64,000 bases of DNA from an uncultured Bacteroidales bacterium (GTDB lineage: Bacteria > Bacteroidota > Bacteroidia > Bacteroidales > UBA10428). The stretch spans positions 5,156-69,155 of the forward strand of contig CAZHQW010000008.1 in assembly GCA_964534745.1 (NCBI GenBank). The letters are read 5' to 3'. The notes under the pieces are model-generated. The model saw nothing but the letters and a program-made list of their open reading frames with translations. It was not told the DNA's origin and searched no databases. This document shows, piece by piece, positions 37,376-45,699 of the stretch; within the stretch, counting starts at the first letter, position 1; every line of letters starts with the position of its first letter. The translations under genes and the position numbers were made by a program.

Positions 37376-39193
37376 ATGAAAAAAACAATCTTGCTATTGG
37401 CTGCACTAAGCCTGGGGGTTTTTGCTTCAGGACAGCCGAAGAATCCTAAGAGGGGCATCGCCTACGGATATCACAGTGAAGAAGATTTCCAGGCCATATC
37501 AGGTACCATTTCCTGGTGGTACAACTGGGCTGTTACTCCGGAACCGGGTATTGCAGATATATTCGAAAGTTACGATATGGATTTTGTGCCCATGGCATGG
37601 AACGGGCAGTTTAACGAAACAAACCTGAGAAACTTCTATGCCAGCCATCCCAATGCAAAGTTCCTTCTCGGGTTTAATGAGCCGAACTTTGTTGAACAGG
37701 CTGATATGACACCATCCCAGGCTGCTGCCGAATGGACTAAGCTTGAAGCCATAGCTGATGATTACGGGCTCGAACTGGTGGGCCCCGCCGTTAACTGGTG
37801 CGGAAATTGCGTTAGTGAAGGAGGCGTTACGTTCACCAATCCCTATGAATACCTCGATTCGTTTTTTGTTGCCTGCCAGGATTGCAAAGTTGACTATATA
37901 GCAGTACACAACTATATGTGTTACTCGGGACCCTTAATTGACTACCTGGAAGAATTTAAAAAATATGGCAAAAAAATATGGCTTACCGAGTTCGCATGCT
38001 GGGATCAACCAACCATAACACTTGATATGCAAAAGAGCCTGATGATTGGTGCACTGGATTACCTTGATAATGATACGATGATATACCGTTATTCATGGTT
38101 TATCGGACGATCGGGCCCCAATACCCCTCATTTAGATATATTCGAGAGTGAGCCCGGCGTGCTTACAGAACTTGGCCAGCTGTATGTTAGTTATAATCCC
38201 GTACATGATACCAGTGTATATTATCCTGTTCCTGCACGCATTGAAGCGGAAAGTTATTCTGCTATGTCAGGGATCTCACTGGAGGGTACTTCTGACTTTG
38301 ACGGTCTTGCCAATGTGGGGTGGATAGATGCGGATGACTGGCTCCAGTATAATATTGATGTAGCGGATACCGGCAGTTATTACTTCTATCTGAGGATAGC
38401 AGCTACCGCCATAACCAGCCTTGATGTCATTGTTGATGAAGTATCACTTGGCACTGTCAATATCACTTCAACAGGTGGCTGGCAGAACTGGAAGACTTTC
38501 AGCATACAAATACCCATGAACAAGGGAAAAGCCAAAATGAAGCTTTATGCCAACTCGGGCAACTTTAATATCAACTGGCTGAGGATATCAACCCGCGACA
38601 ATATTGCGCCAACCTGTTCTGCAGGTGAGGACCAGGAAATCATTTTCCCTGTTGACACCGCAGTCCTGGCCGGAACAGGGAATGATGCCGATGGGGATAC
38701 GTTGCAGTACAAATGGACAAAGGTGAGCGGACCTGACTGCGATTTCTCGTCCCAGAATGACGATACCGTTGTTGTAAGGAACCTGAGCCCGGGTAACTAT
38801 AACTTCAGGCTCAGGGTTTCGGACGGTTTTGATGTTGCTTCAGATAACGTTGCGGTTAAGGTAATTAACATCAGTTCGGCCGGCAATACACTGTCAGCCC
38901 GCAAACTTACCGTATATCCGAATCCTGTTACAAATATACTTAATGTTATGCTGCCGGAGACTGGCAAGACATACAAGTTAAGAGTATTAAATGCGGCGGG
39001 ACAGGTTGTTTTATCAGACGAGCTGAGAGCAAAAGGCACAGCAGATGATGAAGCGGGTGGATCTGCTTCAGGCGGTGGAAAAATCCGGTTGGCAGAAGCT
39101 GTTGAATTTGACCTGGGTGCTTTGGCCAGAGGATTTTACTTCCTTGTACTGGTGGGCGATAACAGGATTTATTCAACCCGTATCATTAAATAG
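37376..39193 (+). CDS. T9SS-secreted glycoside hydrolase: PF11790-type (GH128-like, clan GH-A) catalytic core + CBM6 + PKD-like + Por CTD
   Basis: 605 aa. Modules seen, in order:
- catalytic-core motifs: KRGIAYGY..ISWWYNWAVTPE, LLGFNEPNFVEQADMTPSQAA, IWLTEFACWD
- CBM6-like: ARIEAESYSAMSGISLEGTSDFDGLANVGWIDADDWLQYNIDV..GSYYFYLRIAA
- PKD-like: DADGDTLQYKWTKVSGP..YNFRLRVSDGF
- CTD: LTVYPNPVTNILNVML...GFYFLVLVGDNRIYSTRIIK. Confidence 0.75.
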   Translation: MKKTILLLAALSLGVFASGQPKNPKRGIAYGYHSEEDFQAISGTISWWYNWAVTPEPGIADIFESYDMDFVPMAWNGQFNETNLRNFYASHPNAKFLLGFNEPNFVEQADMTPSQAAAEWTKLEAIADDYGLELVGPAVNWCGNCVSEGGVTFTNPYEYLDSFFVACQDCKVDYIAVHNYMCYSGPLIDYLEEFKKYGKKIWLTEFACWDQPTITLDMQKSLMIGALDYLDNDTMIYRYSWFIGRSGPNTPHLDIFESEPGVLTELGQLYVSYNPVHDTSVYYPVPARIEAESYSAMSGISLEGTSDFDGLANVGWIDADDWLQYNIDVADTGSYYFYLRIAATAITSLDVIVDEVSLGTVNITSTGGWQNWKTFSIQIPMNKGKAKMKLYANSGNFNINWLRISTRDNIAPTCSAGEDQEIIFPVDTAVLAGTGNDADGDTLQYKWTKVSGPDCDFSSQNDDTVVVRNLSPGNYNFRLRVSDGFDVASDNVAVKVINISSAGNTLSARKLTVYPNPVTNILNVMLPETGKTYKLRVLNAAGQVVLSDELRAKGTADDEAGGSASGGGKIRLAEAVEFDLGALARGFYFLVLVGDNRIYSTRIIK

Positions 39194-39215
39194 AAAGCAA
39201 GCTATAAAATAAAAA

Positions 39216-39246
39216 AACCGGGCACCTAGTTGACCCGGTTTTTTGT
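39216..39246. terminator. bidirectional intrinsic terminator between convergent genes
   Basis: A perfect 7-bp stem, aaccggg (39216-39222) / cccggtt (39234-39240), has an 11-nt loop. It is flanked by an A-run on the left (aaaataaaaaaa) and a T-run on the right (ttttgttt). It therefore serves both 37376-39193 (+) and 39262-40749 (-). Confidence 0.75.
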
Positions 39247-39261
39247 TTACAATAGAACTAA

Positions 39262-40749
39262 TCACTCAAATATAAAAGTAGCAATTGAATGTGCCAGGCT
39301 TGTTGCCGCGAATCCGCGGTTGTTTATCCACGTCCTGATGTTAATTGCTTCATCTGTAGGATTCATCACCACGAGGGCTATAGTACCATCAGGATTAAGC
39401 ATGGCCGTGGCCAGCAGATCATCATTATTGGATGAACATATAATGCGCCGTGCCCCGGGATAAATAAACTTTGAAAAATGTCCCATGTAATAGTAGGAGT
39501 TCATGTAAAGAAGCTCTCCCGTCTGGGTATTACCTATCAGGGGCGCAAAGCAGAAGTTGGCAACGTGATTCGGACCGCCTGTCTCGTCAAGCAGCACGTT
39601 CCAGTCAACCCACCCTACACATGAATTGTTAAGATCGTGAATGATGGATTCTCCGTATCGCTCACCCCAGTGCCATTCATCTATTTTTGAATAATCGAAA
39701 GGAAAAACACAACCCTCGGTAAACAGTGTCTTCTTTTCAGGAAATGCTTCCTGGACAAGCTTTACATTGTCGAAATGATCGCCTGTATACCAGTGGAACC
39801 CCGTCCCCCACACATATTTCGAAGCTTCCGGATCATTATATACTACGCTGGCTCTCTGGTACATTATACCCCGGTTGTGGTCCCATATGATAATCTTTTT
39901 ATCTTTCAATCCTGCCTTCTCAATGGTCGGACCAAGATAATCCCTTACAAAGTCACGTTCTTCTTCGGCCGTATATATGCAGGATTCCCATGTCTGGACA
40001 GCCATAGGTTCATTCTGCACTGTAAGCCCCCAGATGGGAATGCCAATTTCTTCATAAGCCCTTATAAATTTTACATAATAGTCAGCCCATGCCTGGCGGT
40101 ATTCTGGTTTTAATTTACCGCCCTGCAGCATGTGGTTATTGGTTTTCATCCATGCTGGCGGACTCCAGGGTGATGCGAAGAACTTCAATCCGTTGCCGGA
40201 TTTCGATATAGCTGCTTTTGTGAAAGGTATGCGATACTTCTTATCATGATCAATGGAAAAATGCTCAAGCTCAGTGTCTCCTTCAACTTCTGAGTAGGCA
40301 TAGCTCTCGCTGGAAAAATCACAACTGTTGATTTGGGTGCGGCACAGGCTGTAACCAATTCCTTTTTGCTTGTCGAAATAGGCATCCAGTATCTCTTCCT
40401 GTGCTTTAACAGGTAATTTATAGAAGGTCTCAGCAGAAGCATCGGTCAGAGCCCCGCCAAAACCCTCTATAGTCTGAAATGTTTTTCCGGCATCAAGCAT
40501 CAGGGTGGCTTCATGCTCATCAACCTGTATAAAATCTTCAAACAAAACAGGTTCGGTTTCAGTGAGAGCCATATCTGTGCCCTTTGCAGTAATAAATTGC
40601 CGCGCTGAAATCAATTTTAGCTCAACACCGGTTCTACCTGCAGTTTTATCTTCAGCCGTCCCGGGAGTTTGCGTGCAAGCATTTCCAATTATAAAGACAA
40701 TTAAAAATGCCAGCACATATTTCAATACTTGCAGATTAAATTTGCTCAT
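39262..40749 (-). CDS. GH30 glycoside hydrolase (glucosylceramidase/beta-1,6-glucanase family), lipoprotein
   Basis: The start is the ATG at 40749 (MSKFNLQVLKYVLAFLIVFIIGNAC); the track start 40761 is GTG. GH30 motifs are present: FQTIEGFGGALTDASAETF, GIGYSLCRTQINSCDFS, FFASPWSPPAWMKTN, IPIWGLTVQNEP. Confidence 0.85.
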   Translation of the reverse strand: MSKFNLQVLKYVLAFLIVFIIGNACTQTPGTAEDKTAGRTGVELKLISARQFITAKGTDMALTETEPVLFEDFIQVDEHEATLMLDAGKTFQTIEGFGGALTDASAETFYKLPVKAQEEILDAYFDKQKGIGYSLCRTQINSCDFSSESYAYSEVEGDTELEHFSIDHDKKYRIPFTKAAISKSGNGLKFFASPWSPPAWMKTNNHMLQGGKLKPEYRQAWADYYVKFIRAYEEIGIPIWGLTVQNEPMAVQTWESCIYTAEEERDFVRDYLGPTIEKAGLKDKKIIIWDHNRGIMYQRASVVYNDPEASKYVWGTGFHWYTGDHFDNVKLVQEAFPEKKTLFTEGCVFPFDYSKIDEWHWGERYGESIIHDLNNSCVGWVDWNVLLDETGGPNHVANFCFAPLIGNTQTGELLYMNSYYYMGHFSKFIYPGARRIICSSNNDDLLATAMLNPDGTIALVVMNPTDEAINIRTWINNRGFAATSLAHSIATFIFE

Positions 40750-40761
40750 ATTTACAATCAC

Positions 40762-41664
40762 TTATAACTTGATGGTTTTCCTGATAAATGTGTTGCCGCT
40801 GCGGTCAGTTAAACTGATAAAGTAAATTCCCGATTCCGCATCAGAAAGATTAACGACAATATGGGAAGACTGCAAATCGGACCGGTGATATACGGGCTGT
40901 CCGACAACATTAAATACCAGTACCTCCTTAATCTGCCCGGCTGACGAGATGGTAAAATGGTCGTTAAACGGACTGGGTGCAATCACAAATTTATCGGTGT
41001 TCATATCTCCGATTACAGACCCTCCTTGAGCTGTCAGGCTTATGTTATCTATAAATACTTCGAAGGTGTATTCCGATCCTGTATCATCCCATATTCCTGA
41101 TCTGAATCCGAAGTAAACCATGGTATCACCTTCTCCTTCAAAGAATACCTGGTTTGTAGCATCGGCCATACACGCATCATTCAGGAAAGTACCGTCGAAC
41201 GTATCGGTAAGACATGTTGCTTCCCAGTTATGACTTTTGAATCCACTAATCCGAACCGCCCCCGCAGCAGCATCATAATCGGAGCCTTCCTGCGGTTCAT
41301 TTCCTCCAACCCATACCTCAGTCCAGTAATTATTCGTGCGCAGGTCTTTGTAGGCACCATCAAAAATATAGGTTACCCCGCGCTGCAGGTTAAGTATCTG
41401 GTAAAACATGATATTGGTAAGATTTCCCCCGGTTGCTCCTGTATTGGTTCCGCTGACATACAGACAACCGCCGTCACCTTCAACAGGTATAATATCGGTG
41501 TAACCAAACTCATATTCCACGGTATTATCACCGTCGGTATTGAGCAATGAAACTTCCCATTCCTCGTAATCCTCCATATCGCCACCGGTTATTACGTTTT
41601 GCCCGTAAGTGCAAATTGAAATAACAAAAAGAAAGGCTATTGCCGGAAAGTAAATTTTTTTCAT
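40762..41664 (-). CDS. T9SS-secreted CBM-like (jelly-roll) protein
   Basis: 300 aa with a signal peptide. The N-terminal CBM4/9-style start is NVITGGDMEDYEEWEV. The CTD is FVIAPSPFNDHFTISS..SGIYFISLTDRSGNTFIRKTIKL. Its stop is 12 nt from the GH30 start. Confidence 0.6.
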   Translation of the reverse strand: MKKIYFPAIAFLFVISICTYGQNVITGGDMEDYEEWEVSLLNTDGDNTVEYEFGYTDIIPVEGDGGCLYVSGTNTGATGGNLTNIMFYQILNLQRGVTYIFDGAYKDLRTNNYWTEVWVGGNEPQEGSDYDAAAGAVRISGFKSHNWEATCLTDTFDGTFLNDACMADATNQVFFEGEGDTMVYFGFRSGIWDDTGSEYTFEVFIDNISLTAQGGSVIGDMNTDKFVIAPSPFNDHFTISSAGQIKEVLVFNVVGQPVYHRSDLQSSHIVVNLSDAESGIYFISLTDRSGNTFIRKTIKL

Positions 41665-41796
41665 AGCATTAAAGTTTTAATTGGGTTATTAAATGCAAGT
41701 TAAAATAATGATTACTATGAATATGCAATCGTTACCCACTCAAATATTACAGGTACTCTAGGGGTTACCTCTCAAAAACACTCAACCTGAAATTGG

Positions 41797-44778
41797 TTAC
41801 AGGTTCATAAGGTATTGCTTGAGTGAGTCATTGGAGTCAAGACCGATTTTCTTACGAAGCCTGTAACGGTCATTTTCAATGGCGCGGGGTGTTTTATGCA
41901 TGAACTCGGATATTTCCTTGGTGCCAAGGTTCATACGCACATATGCTGCAATCTTTATCTCTGACAGGCTCAGATCCCTGTGTTTTTCTTTGAGCCTGCT
42001 CACAAAGTTGTTATAAACCTTATCCAGCTGTGGCTCAATATAGGCCCAATCCTTATCATCATTAAGGTATTCGTCAATAATACTGATGACATCCTCAAGA
42101 CTTTCCCTGACGGACTCCTTAGCTTTAACCGAAAGTCCCATTAAACGGTTCTTCTGCTCTATAAGGACACGGTTGCGGTTAATCATATGAAATGTCAGTT
42201 TTTGCAATTCCATTTCCAGCTTGTCTTTCTCAAGCTGGATAATCCTTTTCTCCTGCTCTGCCTGTGTTTTTAGGAACCGGTTCTTATGAAGGTTCAGCCT
42301 GTAACGGTAAATGAAATATACTATTGCAAGCAGAACTATTATCATTATTATCCTGAACAGCCATGTATTATAAAAAGAAGGCCTGACACGTATAATCAGT
42401 CTCCGTTCATTGTTACCCCATTTGCCATCATTATTTGAAGCTATTACACGGAAAATATATTCACCCGGCTCAAGATTTGAATAGCTGGCCCTGCGATAAT
42501 CCGGTCCCGTTTCTATCCAGTCGTTATCGAAACCCTGGAGCATATATTTGTACCGGCATTTTTCGGGCAGAATATAGTTTAGTGCAACAAATTCGAGGGC
42601 AAAAGCCTTTTCCCTGTTAGTAAGTACCAGTGCTTTGGTATAATTTATATTTTCCTGAAGGATAACCCGCTTGTTTATCTCAGTACCTGCCCCGACATCC
42701 TTGTTAAGAATTTCGAGTTTGCTGAAAACTATTGCTGGCAGGTTCTGGTTCAGCTTTATATCCTGTGGAGAAAAAATATCAAGACCTTTTGTTGACCCAA
42801 TGGCAAAGCGGCCGTCGCTTAACCGGATCAGTGAATTCTGGTTAAATTCGTTGCTGCTCAGTCCGTCCTCCCTGATAAAGGTTCTGATTTTTCCAGTTTC
42901 AGGATTCAAAATGCATAATCCGCCGGAAGTTCCTATCCACAGCTTTCCCTGGCTGTCTTCAATAATGCTCTGCACAATATTATTGGGCAGCTCTTCTTTT
43001 GCAGAGTATTTTACAAACCTGTAATTCTTTTTGTCAAACCTGAACAGCCCCTGCCCTTCACTGCCTATCCAGATGTATCCCCACCTGTCCTGGTCCATGC
43101 ATCTGATAATACCTTTTGTCGCTATAACATCCGAAGAATCTGCAGCGATCCTCATCAGCCGGTCCGTTTCATTGTCCAGTATATATATACCTTCCCCTTC
43201 GGTGCCAAACCATATATCCCCGTCTCTATCCTCCATAATGCTCATTACATTCTCAAAGTCAATTTTGTCGGGAAGTGACGAATTAGGACCAAAGTTTGTA
43301 AACGTTTTTTTGTGACTGTCATAGAGATCGACAGCCTCGCCCAGCAGTCCGAGCCATATACGGCCTCTGCTGTCCGGCACAATCTGCCATATATTTATTG
43401 AGGTGGGACTTCTTCCCGGAGAAGGATTATTGAAGCGGATAAAGGTGTTTTTTTCGGGATTAAACAGATGCAATCCGCCCGAATATGTGCCAATAAGTAT
43501 ATTTCCATCACCGTCTTCATTCAGGCTTGTGATTACATCTGTTGTCAGCGAATTTGAATTACCAGGATCATGGTTGTACCGGCAATGGCTTCCGTCCGGA
43601 TCAAACCTGTAAAGTCCGTACCCGTCAGTTCCTGCCCACAAACGATTTTTGCTGTCCTGGTAAACACCTAGTACAGATTTTCCTTTTAAAACATCCAGGT
43701 CTCCCGGTGTAATAAAATACGTTCTGAATTTATACCTGTCAGGATTATAATAATTGACACCTTCGCCAAAAGTGCCTATCCAGACCGTATTTTGCTCATC
43801 AAAGTAGATGCAGTAGATATGGTCGGTGGACAGGCTGTTTTCCCTGTCTTCATCTTTCTTTATGTACCGGAATTGCTTTGTCTGCGGATCAAGAATATTA
43901 ATTCCCCCTCCGTCAGTGCAAATCCAGATATTGCCTTCCCTGTCCGCAGCCATATCTCCGTTAAGAACATTAGTAGTCAGCTGGCCTTCTCCCTGGAGGT
44001 AAATTTCAGATTTTCCCGATGCCGGATCATATGAACATAGACCGTGGACGTTAGCTGAAATCCACAGAACACCATTAGCATCCTCTACTATTCTTTTCCT
44101 GTAGTTGCTTGTTAATTCTTTTACCCGCCTGTAAGAGATATTGAAAAAACGTTCCCTGTCCCTGTCAAACCGCTGTATTTTATCTGATTCAGTGGCAACA
44201 TACACTTCGCCACAGCTTGTTTCAATAATATCATATACGTAATCTGAATTTAAAGCAAACCCGTCATTTGGCCGTGACCGGTAAACCCTGAAGCTGTCAG
44301 TTTCAGGAATATACATTGCAAGGCCCTTATTTGTGCAAATCCATATGGTACTGTCACTAAATGCACTTATCCGGTTTATCCGCTCATTAACGGCATTTAT
44401 ATGATTATAACGTGTAAACTTCTCTGTCCTCTTATTAAATTTATTTAACCCTTCAGAATATGTTCCAATCCACAGGTTACCTGATTTGTCTTCTGCAATG
44501 GACAGTATGCGGTCTCCTGATATAGAAGCCGGATCATTTCCTGACCAGTATACTTTAATGTCATAACCGTCAAAACTGCAAAGTCCGTTTCGGGTGCCGA
44601 ACCATACCAGTCCGTCACAGTCTTTATAAATACACTCTATGTTGTTATGCGGCAGTCCGTTACTCTGGGTTAATTTTGAGAACTGGATATTTTCCGGATC
44701 GGAATAAGGCGCTGGATAAGATTGCACCAGGCAGTTGCAGAAAATAATTAGGATTATTATGACAGTCCTGCCCTTCAT
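41797..44778 (-). CDS. transmembrane one-component sensor: periplasmic propeller repeats + Y_Y_Y + TM + coiled coil + LuxR/GerE HTH (no kinase or receiver)
   Basis: 993 aa. It has propeller repeats (..WIGT..GLN/GLC..), a Y_Y_Y region (KCRYKYMLQGFDNDWIETG) and a TM helix (WLFRIIMIIVLLAIVYFIY). The C-terminal HTH is LSLSEIKIAAYVRMNLGTKEISEFMHKTPRAIENDRYRLRKKIGL. No H-box, HATPase or receiver motifs are present. Confidence 0.8.
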   Translation of the reverse strand: MKGRTVIIILIIFCNCLVQSYPAPYSDPENIQFSKLTQSNGLPHNNIECIYKDCDGLVWFGTRNGLCSFDGYDIKVYWSGNDPASISGDRILSIAEDKSGNLWIGTYSEGLNKFNKRTEKFTRYNHINAVNERINRISAFSDSTIWICTNKGLAMYIPETDSFRVYRSRPNDGFALNSDYVYDIIETSCGEVYVATESDKIQRFDRDRERFFNISYRRVKELTSNYRKRIVEDANGVLWISANVHGLCSYDPASGKSEIYLQGEGQLTTNVLNGDMAADREGNIWICTDGGGINILDPQTKQFRYIKKDEDRENSLSTDHIYCIYFDEQNTVWIGTFGEGVNYYNPDRYKFRTYFITPGDLDVLKGKSVLGVYQDSKNRLWAGTDGYGLYRFDPDGSHCRYNHDPGNSNSLTTDVITSLNEDGDGNILIGTYSGGLHLFNPEKNTFIRFNNPSPGRSPTSINIWQIVPDSRGRIWLGLLGEAVDLYDSHKKTFTNFGPNSSLPDKIDFENVMSIMEDRDGDIWFGTEGEGIYILDNETDRLMRIAADSSDVIATKGIIRCMDQDRWGYIWIGSEGQGLFRFDKKNYRFVKYSAKEELPNNIVQSIIEDSQGKLWIGTSGGLCILNPETGKIRTFIREDGLSSNEFNQNSLIRLSDGRFAIGSTKGLDIFSPQDIKLNQNLPAIVFSKLEILNKDVGAGTEINKRVILQENINYTKALVLTNREKAFALEFVALNYILPEKCRYKYMLQGFDNDWIETGPDYRRASYSNLEPGEYIFRVIASNNDGKWGNNERRLIIRVRPSFYNTWLFRIIMIIVLLAIVYFIYRYRLNLHKNRFLKTQAEQEKRIIQLEKDKLEMELQKLTFHMINRNRVLIEQKNRLMGLSVKAKESVRESLEDVISIIDEYLNDDKDWAYIEPQLDKVYNNFVSRLKEKHRDLSLSEIKIAAYVRMNLGTKEISEFMHKTPRAIENDRYRLRKKIGLDSNDSLKQYLMNL

Positions 44779-44858
44779 ATACCGATAGGATGAATATGAT
44801 TAATTATACTGCAATTTAATTATTTTGTATTAAAACAATTGAATTAAAGTTAACAATC

Positions 44859-44886
44859 TGGTGACATATTGGTAACATTTGGTAGG
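44859..44886. promoter_or_regulatory. three phased direct repeats TGGTGAC / TGGTAAC / TGGTAGG (spacing 11 and 10 nt) in a divergent intergenic region
   Basis: The sequence reads cTGGTGACATATTGGTAACATTTGGTAGGcc. The repeat starts are at 44859, 44870 and 44880, about one helical turn apart. It lies 81 nt upstream of the sensor-LuxR start codon (44778). Confidence 0.3.
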
Positions 44887-45005
44887 CCTTAATTCTGGCT
44901 ATTTTAGTACTTTTATACTACCGCGATTGGATTATAATAAATTGTTGCGGAATTAATATACGCAGACAAATAAGTTGGTTTTAGAGTAAAATTTGAGGTT
45001 AATTT

Positions 45006-45050
45006 AAAAGAGGCTGCTATCAATTAGATGCAGCCTCTTTTATTATTTAA
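45006..45050 (+). terminator. strong intrinsic-terminator-like hairpin with no annotated gene upstream (orphan)
   Basis: A perfect 12-bp stem, aaaagaggctgc (45006-45017) / gcagcctctttt (45030-45041), has a 12-nt loop and is followed by attattt. It lies between divergent genes (44778 minus, 45152 plus), about 100 nt upstream of the 45152 start. Confidence 0.6.
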
Positions 45051-45151
45051 TCTGAGTTTTTGTAAAGTTAATCGTTAAGCATTAAGATAATTAGAATTAT
45101 TTTTCGTATTTTTAAATAACCAACTATTAATCACATAATTAATCTTAAATC

Positions 45152-45685
45152 ATGAAACTACAACATCTTTTGCCAGTACTGCTTATTGTAGCAGTGTTAT
45201 CTTGCGAAAAAGAGGAGAATAAATCTCCTGCTTATGTTGGCACCTGGGTCAGGACAGAAGCCGACACCTTATCATTTGTTCCATTAGTCCTGCTTGAAAA
45301 CAAAATGGTAATGACCCTGCAAGTCGGTTCATGGGAAATGATCTCAAAGATAAAGGTTACAGGTTATATACCAGATTGGGAAGATTTTATGGGATTTAAG
45401 GGTACCCTCACCGTAAGCGGTGAAGATGCCACTATAACTTTTGCGGAGATTGGCGTAAGGAATCTTAATATGCAGACAATGACCTTTATTGATGATGAGA
45501 TTACCTGGTATAATGCCAATGATAATCCCAACGAGTACGGATTATATCTTGATGAATATGGTCCGGGAACAACAACACAGGAAGTAAAGTTTATTGTCAG
45601 TGGCAATACTTTGACCATTAAAGCGGATGATAATGGAAACGGCACTTATGAGGAAGACGAAATAATGGTTCTCACTAGGGAATAA
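45152..45685 (+). CDS. lipoprotein, lipocalin-like (YVGTW-type) domain, unknown function
   Basis: 177 aa with a lipobox (LLIVAVLSCEKE). The motif PAYVGTWVR is typical of Bacteroidota lipocalin-like lipoproteins. Confidence 0.5.
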   Translation: MKLQHLLPVLLIVAVLSCEKEENKSPAYVGTWVRTEADTLSFVPLVLLENKMVMTLQVGSWEMISKIKVTGYIPDWEDFMGFKGTLTVSGEDATITFAEIGVRNLNMQTMTFIDDEITWYNANDNPNEYGLYLDEYGPGTTTQEVKFIVSGNTLTIKADDNGNGTYEEDEIMVLTRE

Positions 45686-45699
45686 AAGACAGAATAAAG

